This document shows positions 16,437 to 27,396 of a stretch of 64,000 nucleotides of DNA, piece after piece. The stretch spans positions 42,966,001 through 43,030,000 of the forward strand of contig CM060731.1 in NCBI GenBank assembly GCA_030704615.1. Direction: 5' to 3'. Positions within the stretch are counted from its first letter, which is position 1; each line of letters starts with the position of its first letter. Source of the DNA: Takakia lepidozioides. Lineage: Eukaryota; Plantae; Bryophyta. The notes beneath the pieces were generated by a model that saw nothing but the letters and a program-made list of their open reading frames with translations, was not told where the DNA came from and made no database searches. The position numbers and the translations under genes were made by a program.

Positions 16437-18322
16437 ATGGAGGGACATCGCTCGGAGCTGGCCGGGCTGGACTACAGCAAGTTCGCAATTAAATCGGTTA
16501 CATGCCTTCCCGCAGACGTCGACGGTAATATCTTCTTTGAGTTCCCTCCTCGGACGGACTACTCGAGGGCGTCCGGAATGTTGACAGATATGGATAGAAA
16601 ACATGATGGTCATCCTTGGTGCGTCACCAAAACCACCAGCATGAAGATGCTCAATGGTGTGCGGGTGCGCTACGTTGTTTGTGTGGGCGCGTTGCGGTGT
16701 TTCTCCCCAACTTGCTTCCATTTTAAATCCAGAGGTCACAGGAACGAGACCGATTGGACAGGCACAGCTCATCAACCATTTCGAGCTCAGGAGAAGGTTC
16801 CAAACTTCACATTTAAGTGTGCGCATTGCAAAGAACCACCACACTGCATGTCTGTTTGTAATGCCAAGCAGTTCTATATGTTGCACCGTTTCCCTGACCT
16901 CACCCGAGCTTGCATACACGTTGGTTTACATTGTCACAAATTGGCGAGGGGGAACTCGCGGGAGGCTGCCCACAAGGCAGAGCAGCTCCTTCAGGAGGAG
17001 GTTAAGTTGAGACCAGGTGTCAAACCCAAATAGATACAGCTCCAAGCCGCCCATAAGATGACATTGGTCAGAATTATGTCGGAAGACGGCTCTGATAGAG
17101 TTCCTCTCGATGAGAAGGAAATGGAGGCATTGCTGGAGTCGGTGTCCCACGTATGTTCACCGAATGTCCGAAACCACATTGTCTCATGCAAACAAAAAAT
17201 TGGGCGTGGCTCGGATATGCACTCCATTCTGGAGGTGAAGCGACGATGTGGATATGACTACATTCATGGAAGTAGGTTTCCAGGACAATGGACTGAGGCA
17301 GATCGTTGTTTCGTATTCAAAATGTCCACGTGTGGACCTGGCAGCGGCGTCGAACTAGTCGACAGGATGACGAGTGGGGACTTGTCAAACAGTTGGGTCA
17401 TGTTCGACCATATCAAGCGAATTACAAATCACCAGTGGGTGACAATGGGTGCACATGTCTACGACACCCACTGCAGGATGCTAATGACAATTGTTATTTG
17501 TGAGATGAAAGGAGAGGACACACAATCGGAGATGCTTCTTTGGCAGGGAATAAACGAACAGATGGCCAAGGCGGGATTGCCCCCTCCCAATTTCTGTGGT
17601 TTCATGGCGGACAACGCACAAGCAAATTGGGCTGCCATCCGAAGGGTGTACGAGCAAGACCCCAATGTTCCCATGGAAGGCAAGGAGAGATCTTGTGGGT
17701 TCCATTTTCTGCAGAGCCTTTCGCAGTACACAACCAGGCTCGTGGCGCCAGATTTCAGAGAAGAGCACTGTTCCATGTGTCTTGCGTGGAAGTGCGCTCC
17801 CACCTTGGATGATGCAGAGACACAGTTTGCATGTATACGGGCTTGGTGGACATCGTCAGGTGCTGTAAGGAAATTAGACGAGGGAGCAATGGTCAATTGG
17901 CTAGCATGGTGGCATTATCGTTTCCTCCAGTTCGGCGACTATATGCGGGAGGTGAGTTGCACGAATTCGCGTCCCGTTGAATATTATTCTTGGCATTATT
18001 TGTAACTTGCTTGTAACCTCAACATGTGCTTGTGCAGGAAATGTGTCTCGACTCCGACACCGACATGCCCACGACAAACTTGGCCGAATCAGTGCATTCT
18101 TCCTGGCGTGCCTCCTCTACGACGCATCTGGTGGACATCCTCACTGTCACAACGAAGGACATTGTGAGGTCAATTATACAGCAATGTAGGTACAACGAGT
18201 TCTTGAAATGGAAACAGTGGGGTTTGGGGCCGGACAGGCAGGAAATGCTGATGCGGACTGCCTCCAGATCGAAGAATCCTCGGAAGTGGGCGGCGACTTG
18301 TCCACCTCATATCCATGTTTGA
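16437..18322 (+). mobile_element. Mutator-like (MULE) transposase pseudogene with N-terminal GCM/WRKY-type Zn region
   Basis: Single frame across TAG 17031 and intron 17952-18038. Motifs: DGHPW...C.G.L.C..P.C...CAHC...C...HVGLHCH, VMFDH, FMADNAQANWAAIRRVY, CGFHFLQS (CxxH) and TTNLAESVHS (third acidic residue). Confidence 0.78.
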
Positions 18323-18800
18323 AGCCCAAGTCCCGTTTTTAATTTATTTTTTGTTTTTATTTTCCTCCTATTTCTAAATTTTTCAGCTTTGGGGTACAAT
18401 AGAGTGAGGACGTGGTCGGAACAAATTTTAATCCCAACATGTATAAGATTGAATTAGCTCATTAAAACAATTGCTTATTACTAATTGGTAGCAATTTTTT
18501 ATGAAACTTCCTTATAAGCACTTTTCAACCCTTTGTTTACATTGAATAGACAATTTTTTTTTTTTTTGCTAATACTAAGTTTTGGGGAAGTTTATAGAAT
18601 TTTACGATATTTAATTGAGAGATTTTATAAGTCTTAATTACTCTTGTAAATTTGTTTGTCATTGAATAGTACCAAATTTGCTTACCCTAAATCCTAGTAT
18701 GTCATCTTTTTTTATTGTTTGAAGCTCATTAATTTTTTTTCCCCCATTGATTCACTTTATAATAAGATAAAGTGGTCTGGATTTTTAATTGATATTTCAG

Positions 18801-21800
18801 CAGGTTGCTGATCGACGGGTGCAACAAGCCTGGATAGAGGCTTTTGTACCATCAGGAGAGGATGAGAGTACGGGGATTGCACCAGGACCACCTCAGTTGT
18901 CTCCATTGGACACCACACCTATTGTGTGGCAGTATCCGAATAAAGGCATTTGTCTTCTGGACTTGTTTGGCGGGATCAGCACCGGATTGGCTGCTGTGTT
19001 ACAGACAGGTGTACGAGTTTGGCGTTACTTGTATGTAGAGAGGGATGAGACTGCACGACGCGTTTCACTTCGCCATGTTGCTCAGTTGGTGCAGCAGTAC
19101 CCTAAGTTGTTGCCGGTGTCTGCAGTTCGTGGATATCAGCGGGCCCCAACAAACATTCGGTTGCTGGGGGCGCAGGATTTGAAGCGGGTTGGCTCCATTG
19201 ATCTGGTAGTGGCAGGTTGGCCCTGCTAAGGGCATTCATCAGCCGGGCATGACAATGGATTGCGAAACTCGAGGTCGGGTCTGTTTTGAGAGATGGTGCG
19301 GGTTTTGCGCCACTTGCAGCTTCATCAAGCTGTATCTTCAGCATACATCTTGGAGAATGTGCCACTGATGGGCGATTCTCAGGCCAGGGTGACGGCCAGT
19401 ATGTATCAAGTCCGGTCGTGGTTTGGGTCAGCAGTGTTGCTAGATGCAGTTACAGTGGGATCACGGGCTCATCGTCCACGGCTATGGTGGACTAACTTGA
19501 TGTCACCCGCACTGCTCAAGCGTGCATTTGATGGGGTGTAGCGGCCAGCACACCTCACAGTGGATAGCATTTTGGACACAGGGAGGCAGTCTCAACGTGT
19601 GAGACACGATGACCGTTCGCCTTTGGCAGTGGTCAACAAGGTGGATCAACCACGAGCAGCATTACCTACACTGCTCAGCTTCCCAGGATCGCATGCTTTC
19701 CGGGATAGTGGACCTGGCCTCCTGTGGGATGTTCAGTTGCAGCAGTTAATGGACCTTAATGCTGACGAGCGTGAGCGGGCAATGGGTTTTACCACTAGTA
19801 CCACGGCGGTATCGTATCTTTCTGAGGCATCACGTCGTCAGGTGTTGGGGCAAGCAATGGATCTCAATTACTTGACCTGGATTATCAGCTTGGCTATGGC
19901 TGAGCAACGCAGAGTGCGGAGCATACTTCCCTCGCTGGTCTCTCTGCCTACCGAGACGGCACAGGCAGTGAGTGGGGGCAAGCATGTGAGGACCACGGGG
20001 GGCAGGCATCCATGGCACACGTGGGAGGTGCTCGAGGTTCAGAGGGAGTTGGCAGCCAAAGTGGCAGTGATGAATGAGGTTGGGGATTTTTCTCGGATTG
20101 AGGAAGTCCTTGAGGATGAGATGATGGGGCAAGATGAGGCCTTGTCATTGATTGAGTAGGTAGGGAGTACTGCTCAAGAGGTTGCAACATAGCAACCACT
20201 GGACGCGTCCTCTACCTCTAAGCCCACTGGACTTAAGGTTGCAGTTACGGAGGACAATTGGGAGCCTGACATTGGACCCATTGTCACCGGAGGAGAGAGA
20301 CGACGTATACGGCGGTTCCTGAGGGCTTACAGGAATTGCTTTGCCTTCAGTTTGAAGGACTTGGGAGCACTGAAGGGTCAAGAGATCCGTATTGAGTTGG
20401 CCACTGACACGTCAATCTTTCGGAGACCCTATAGATACAGTGACATGGAGAGGTCTTTGATTCAGATGAGGACTCAAGATCTCTGGGATGCAGGTTTGGT
20501 GGAGCTCTCTGGTGGAGAGTATGCTTCAGCCACAATGATGCCAGCCAAGAAGGATGTCTATGGCAATTGGACGGAGAGACGTATGTGCGGTGATTACCGG
20601 CCTGTAAATCATCAGACCAAGTCCGATGAGTGATGCCATGCCATGCAGACCATCTTTGATGCCATCGGGCATGCTAAGGTCTTTAGCACTTTGGATTTAC
20701 GATCCGGATATCACCAGTTGCCGATCAAGGAGGCGGACAAGCAGAAGACGACATTCTGGGGGATCAATGAGCACGACAAGGATTGCCTATATCAATGGCG
20801 GTTCTTACCATTTGGGCTTAAGAATGCTCCTGCAGAGTTTCAGAGAGTCATGGATAGGATTCTAGCAGGGGTGGACTTTGCTCGGTGCTACATAGATGAT
20901 ATCATCATCTTTAGTGCTACGGTGGAGGAGCATGAGAGACACCTTCAGGTGGTATTGGAGCCCTTGAGAGCGCACGGATTGAAGTTGCATCCGGAGAAGT
21001 GCAAGTTTTTCCACAACCAGATTGAGTATCTGGGTCACATGATATATCCTGGAGGATTGGGGGTACAACAGACTAAGGTAGAGGCCATTGCACAAATTCC
21101 ACGTCCCACGGATGTGAGCCGAGTTCGAGCTTTCATGGGGTTGGCAAACTATTATAGACGGTTTGTCAAGGGATTTAGTGCCATTGCAAAGGCTCTAACC
21201 AAGTTGACCAAGGTGGACTAGGAGTGGCAGTAGGAAGATGAGCAAGAACGAACTTTTCAAAAGCTCAAGGCGAGGTTGACTTCGGCGCCTATCCTGAGAT
21301 GAACTATCAGGGGGCGTCCCTTTCAGTTGCATACGGATTGGAGCATATTGGGGCTTGGAGCGGTGCTCACACAGGTGGATGATGAGGGAAGAGAGTTCGT
21401 AGTGGCTTATGCTAGCCGCTCGAACAACGCTGCAGAGGCTAAGTATAGCTCATATGAGGGAGAGTGCTTAGCTGCAGTGTGGGCCGTGACACACTTCAGG
21501 TGCTATCTATACGGCAATCTCTTCACCCTTGTCACGGATCACCAGAAGTCATGCCCATGGCTTTTGAGAACCTTGCCATTGCACAACTCCGTGATACGTT
21601 TAGGTATGCCACTATACGTGGTGGAGGATATCGTTCTGGGGTTCGGAGGTTTAGCCCTGGTGACTATGTTTATTTACAGCAGACTGCTCCTACAACCCTG
21701 GATGTGACTGCAGGGCTTGTTATTCTGAGGGTTCGAGAGGTGTTGCCCTCAGGGGTCCTGATTTTGGAGGGTCGGGATGACATGACTTAAAAGGACCATG

Positions 21801-22027
21801 TGAGTAATTGTGCGCCATGTCACCTTCCCAATGTCGATGGCAGAGTTGACCCAAACTTGGCAATGGTACCTGCAGGTTTGAGGTGCATGCTCTGTGGGTC
21901 TGCCAAAGGGGCAGCCACCATGCTGGTGTATGATCGATGCTCAAGAGGTTGGCACATGGGATGCTTGACACCACCACTTGAGAAGATTCCTGATGAAGAT
22001 TGGTTGTGTCCACACTGCTTGGGATAG
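18801..22027 (+). mobile_element. Decayed Ty3/Gypsy pol fragment: C5 DNA methyltransferase - RT - RNase H - (integrase core deleted) - SH3-like - PHD finger; no LTRs seen
   Basis: ORFs at 18789, 19293, 19560, 20352, 20643 and 21327 share one frame. DNMT motifs LDLFGG, AGWPC, ENV, HRPRLWWTN, ERERAMGF, LGQAMD; RT LDLRSGYHQ, LPFGLKNAP, YIDD (20889-20900); RNase H TDWS, VVAYASR, YSSYEGE, TDHQ; PHD CMLC...(Y)DRC..GWH..CL.PPL..IP..DWLCPHC. Confidence 0.92.
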
Positions 22028-22774
22028 TGGCAGTGGACATGACTAGAGGCAGCTAACAAGAAATGGAAGGCCAAGCTCATAGGAGTCAATACACGAGATC
22101 ACAGGCTCAAGTTTACAAGTTGCAAGACGGCGATTAACGATGGGGCAACTCTTGCACATGGCCTCTTGATCTATCGAGTCATTGAAAAAATAAATGTACA
22201 TAGCTTTGGAGTACATTGATATATTGGTTTGGAGAAATTATTTCGATTAAAAATGTCTAGAAGTTCCATAGGTTCTATACATTTTTTCACATTTTATTAA
22301 TGTTAATTCGGATTTTTCATGTGAGTATGATTTTTTTTTATTTCGGTATACCGTTTTGATTTTGAATTCCTTTTAGTTCGCCTTCGGGCCTTGTATTCAT
22401 GTGTTAGTATTCATAAATTTATATCCGTGGTTACTCTTTTGCAGGAGTCAATTTGGATTCGAGACCGACATTTTTTTTATTTACAAAACAAAGTATTTTA
22501 TCTAAGTTCGAGTCTTTATTTTTACAAGCTACCTATCTACGCGGAGGCATTTGCAAAAACATATCTTTGTGCGACGCACACCCAGTCTTCACAATGTCAG
22601 CCTTATGTGTAGATGTTATAGTTTCATGGCTAGGGTGTTTGTGGACTATATATAATGCATTTGTATTGGGAATAGCAGACTAATTGACAACATGACATGT
22701 AAATTACATTGTACTGGGTAATGATGTCTCATGGATACTTGTGCTAATTAGTATATATCATTTGCCTTTGATGT

Positions 22775-23135
22775 ACTACTACAAATTAACGTTTTTATGA
22801 CTACGGGTGATATAGACCTTGGTAACCATGACTATATATGTGACTACGAAGTGATGAAACCCATTGTTTGGTGCATTTTAATATATTTTAATCTAATGCA
22901 GTCATACATTTTACTATATGACTAGGAGCCGCGGTCAAATATTGTTGACCAGGAACATAGGCTTGGTTTATATAACTAGTAGTCATACGCAATACTACAC
23001 GTCAGACACCTGCCATATAAGCTTATGACTAAATGACTACACCACTACTACACATTGATGACATGCCATAGAAGCTTATGACTACATGACTACATGAGGT
23101 TTTATAGCTCTATTTATATGTCTACATCACTACAC
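22775..23135. repeat. AT-rich cluster of (A)TGACTAC motifs in both orientations; probable TE subterminal region
   Basis: Many tgacta(c)/tagtca occurrences; similar clusters at ~54480-54600 and ~56040-56340. Confidence 0.5.
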
Positions 23136-23374
23136 GTAGCATCTTAAGGCATATACATGAATGGGTTCATCCATTGGATGACCTCATTTATCTATCTTTA
23201 ATGAAGCACTTGTGCTAATGGAATGACACAAAGTACAAAAAGTTAAAAAATTCAAAAAGTTACTTTAGGGTTGCCCACGTTCAGCCATGAACACAGAGGC
23301 CTAGGACTTAGCCTCCTTTTGTCTCCCGCGCTATCGTATGTTTTTGTAGTATCGACCCGAAGCAGTGAGAACTT

Positions 23375-24380
23375 GTGTCATGGAACGGGATGATCGCAGG
23401 ATATGCAATGCAGGGGCACCGATGCAGTTTTCTTGAGTTTATTCTTGAGCAAATGATGCAGGAAGGGCGAGGATATGCACAACGGGGGTGTGGTATAGAG
23501 GCTTTGGAGACGTATGAGCAAATAATGCAGGAATGGGTGAAGCCGGACCGGGTTAGGTTCGTTTGTATTTGCAATGCGTGTGCGAGCCTGGCAGCCCTGG
23601 AGAAGGGTAAAGGGTCCATGGTGCCATTGTCAAATTTGGAATTGTACCCGCTGTCATTCTGAACAATACCCTCGTGGACATGTATGCCAAATGTGGCAGT
23701 ATTGAGGATACAAAGGGAGTGTTTGAGAATATGGCTGAACGAAATGTCGTGTCCTAGAGTATGATGATCGCTGGATATTCCCCAGCATGGATGCGGGATG
23801 GAGGCATTGGAGACCTATGAGCAAATGATGCGGGAAGGGGTAAAGGCATATCTGGTCACATTTGTTTGTATATGCAATGCGCGTGCGAGCCTGGCAGCCC
23901 TGAAAAAGGGCAAAGAGGTTCATGGTGACATCATCAGAGCTAGAATTGTACCCGACGTCATTCTGAACAATACCCTCGTGGACATGTATGCAAAATGTGG
24001 GTGCATCGAGGATGCGAAGGGAGTTTGCAACGGTATGCTGCGGGGTGCACAGCAAGGCCGTGGGAATGAGGCTTTGGAGACCTACAATCAAATGATGGCG
24101 GAAGGGGTGAAGCCCGATCACATCACGTTTGCATTTGCAGTGCATGTGCAAGCCTGGCAGCCCTGGAAAAGGGCAAAGAGGTCCATGGTGACATTGTCAG
24201 AGCTGGAATTGTACCCGATATCATTCTGAACAGTACTCTCGTGGACATGTATGCAAAATGTGGGTGCATCAAGGATGCAAAGGGAGTGTTCAACAGTATG
24301 GCTGAACGAGATGTAGTGTTGTGGAGTGCGATGATTGCAGGATCTGCACAGCAAGGGCGCGGGATGGAGGCTTTGGAGAC
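23375..24380 (+). pseudogene. PLS-class PPR pseudogene fragment (about 3 tandem P-L-S triplets)
   Basis: Repeated VSWN.MIAGYA..G, EALETYEQM..EGVKPD, ACASLAALEKGK and NTLVDMYAKCG.IEDAKGVF, with frameshifts and stops. Confidence 0.88.
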
Positions 24381-25819
24381 TTTTTCAACACATTTCAGCC
24401 TGTTTCCCCTGTTATCAGAGTCGTCCCTAAAATTTCCAGGTTGAATTTTGCAAGTTAGCTCGTTGGTGCAAAAATGTGAATGTCTGTTGGAAGCTCAAGT
24501 CAGCATAGGAACTTGTGTGATAAGTAGGGTTAGGGTGTTTGCTGGAACATAGAGGCAGAGATAGCTGAAGGAGTAGGGATAGAGAGTGGGTCCAGATTCA
24601 TCCAAGAGGGCCAGATTTCAAGCACAAGATTACTTATGATTCCATATGGATCAATAGCTACAAGAAACTTGCATGGGTAGATGGTCAACTGGATGCCGCA
24701 GTAACAGCGGCACAACTGATAAAATCAGGCATTGGTAATCAAGGCACCTTCTTCAACACATTTCACCCTGTTTTTCCCTCTTATCAGAATCGGCCCTAAA
24801 TTTCCATGTTGAATTCTGCAAGTTAGTTGGTTGAGTGAAGGTAGTTTGGAGTGACTTTGACATGATACTGCCATTGTGACAACAGGAAAGTATCAAAAAA
24901 CACGTAACAGAGACGAGGAGAAACTGTGGAATGAATACTTTTCTGACCCCAGTCAATGGTGGGACACCGAGGCAAAAAGGTGAACGCTTGTTAGATTACA
25001 AGAGAGTAGCAGATACAATTCAGTATAGAACTAGTGTAATAAGCTGAGTTGGGTGTTTCCTAGAACAAATCTAGGCTGTCATTATCAGCTGCAAAGGCAA
25101 GGATGTATGCATGAATTGTGTAGTGGCATGGATAGCTGAAGGAGCAGGGATAGAGTGTGGGTCCAGATTCATCCAAGAGGGCTGGACTTCAAGCTCCAGA
25201 TTACCTTGATTCCAGGTGGATTAGTAGCTATAAGAAACCTGCATGGATAGATGGTCAACTAAAGGCAGCAGCTGTAGTGGCACAATTGATAAAATCAGAC
25301 ACCTCAACCATGACCACAGCTTCTGAAATTAGAGGATCAAGAGAGGGAGTCCACAATGCCTATTCTGGCACTTCTGGGCATGTGAAGATACTTTGTGCGG
25401 TCGGCAGCCTGACAGAGAACCCTATTTTAAGTAATTCCGGACTTTTGGCTTAAATCCGGACGAAACTTAATATATAACATAATTAAAATTAATTCAGGTA
25501 ATAATAATAATATCGTGGAATATTGAGTCATTTAACTTGTGAAGTTGCACAATCCCATTCATGTAACATCGAATGGTAAGTCGAATGACGTACTTTGCAT
25601 CAGAAAATTATAAAGATAAGATCGATTGAATGAAGTTATTAATAAATTGATAGATGTATGACATAAACAGATGATCCAAGATGATAATATACAATGGAAT
25701 AAGGTTGGATTTCAATGAAACATGTGAATTATGTTTCAAAATATTTAGGGATCATTCCGAAAGGTTCATATTGTGGAAGAGTGTCATGTAGATTCAGCTA
25801 TAAAGTCATTGAACCAAGC

Positions 25820-26700
25820 TGGAATTAGGTTTTAGGTTATAGAGTTTGTTAGGGTACATTGAAACATATTACTTGGTATGAATGGAAAAGAAAATATGGG
25901 AAAGTGTACAGATGACTTGGCACCTATGAAAATTTGTTAATGAAATATCCCAACCACAGATTGTATCCAAATTTCTATGAGGAATGTGAATCAAACAGTG
26001 GAGTTTGGTTAAGGGTTTCGGGTTTTAGAAAACTGCAGTTTGAGTCTTTACCCATACGTAGAACAATTCATGAAATATTATCCCCACCACTTCGACCGTA
26101 CCCAAAATTGGAAGTAATAAATAAATAAGCATCAAACATTGAAATTAGGTTTTAGGGTATATAGTTTGCGAGGGTACTAACCATAGTACTCGATATGAAT
26201 GGAAAATAAAATATTGGGAAGGGTACAGATGACTTGTCACCTATGATTTAGGGTTTAGGGAATAAAATTTCCCAACCACAGATTGTATCCAATCTATGAA
26301 GAATGCGCATCAAACAATGGAGTTACGTTTAAGGGCTTAGGGTTTAGGGTTTAGAGAACTATAAACGGACAAACAATTACGGAATGTGAGTCTTTACGTG
26401 GAGGTCGTACAACAATTCAGGAAATATCCCCTCCACTTCGACCGCACCCAAAACTGGAAGCAATAAATTAAATAGGCATCAGACATTGGAATTAGGTTTT
26501 AGGGTACGGAGTCAAGTAGTGTAGTAAACATACTACTGGGTATGAATGGACCAAAAAATCTGGGAAAGTGTACAAGTGATTTGTCACCTGAGAAATTAGA
26601 CTTGAATGAAATATCCCAAGGGCCATTCTATTATGCCCAACTTTGTAATCCTGGAAGAATGCGCATCAAACATTCGAATTAGGGTATATGGTTTAAGGTG
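25820..26700. repeat. Three diverged ~320-345-bp tandem units containing TTTAGGG-like motifs
   Basis: aattaggttttagg...tatgaatgga...gggaa(a/g)g(t/g)gtaca recurs at ~25822, 26143 and 26489. Confidence 0.8.
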
Positions 26701-27396
26701 AGGACAATGTAAGGATTGAAGGCCCCAGAAGTGTTGTCTTTAGAAGGTCCTAATAAAATAAACAGACCCAAGATAAAATTGACCTGAGATGACATGGAAT
26801 AACGGGTGGCAAAACGAGGTTCAGGATTGATTAGTGACGAAGAAAATTGAGAAGAATCTTAAGATAGTCCGAAAAGGTAGTAAAGGAAATGTAACTCTGT
26901 ACTTGAAGCCAGACTTACAGAAAGCTACTGACAAGTAATGGGAGAAGATTCACAAGCAGTAAACCGCGAGAAAGCTTGTCCATTGAAGCAACAACTTTTC
27001 ACAAATTGCCACGCGGTCTATACTCAGGACATTTTTTAGACCAATCATATTGAGCCCAACAATACGACCATGTGGACCGAGAATGAAGGAGATGGGCGAA
27101 TCTGTTGAGGAGAAGACACTTTGGTGAGAACCAGAGAACCAAAAGAAATGGGTGTAATGTGAGAGAGGAACTGCAAAGAGAATGAAGTAGTGACATCAGG
27201 AAAACTAGGAACTTCGGATGATCACTCGAGGTTCCTGAAACGTTACAGAGATGAGGTCCGGAAAAAAGCTGGTGGCTGGCAAAGAAGGTAGATTAATATT
27301 TGAACATGTGAAGAGAAACAAATGGAGAGTGGAGGTAAAACATTAGTTTTATTCTTGAAAACATGCCGAGGAGTGAACCTCCACAATATGTCCTTG

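Noticed and set aside
18801-19900. Host DRM/DNMT3 gene or bacterial restriction-modification contaminant
   Set aside because: Intronless, in frame with Gypsy RT, and decayed in the same way as the RT
19227-21303. Stop-codon readthrough or U-to-C RNA editing restoring the ORF
   Set aside because: U-to-C editing is organellar; TGG>TGA/TAG changes, a local indel (~20630) and the integrase deletion indicate ordinary decay
26240-26355. Telomere or interstitial telomeric array
   Set aside because: Only 2-3 adjacent TTTAGGG units, embedded in larger TE tandem repeats
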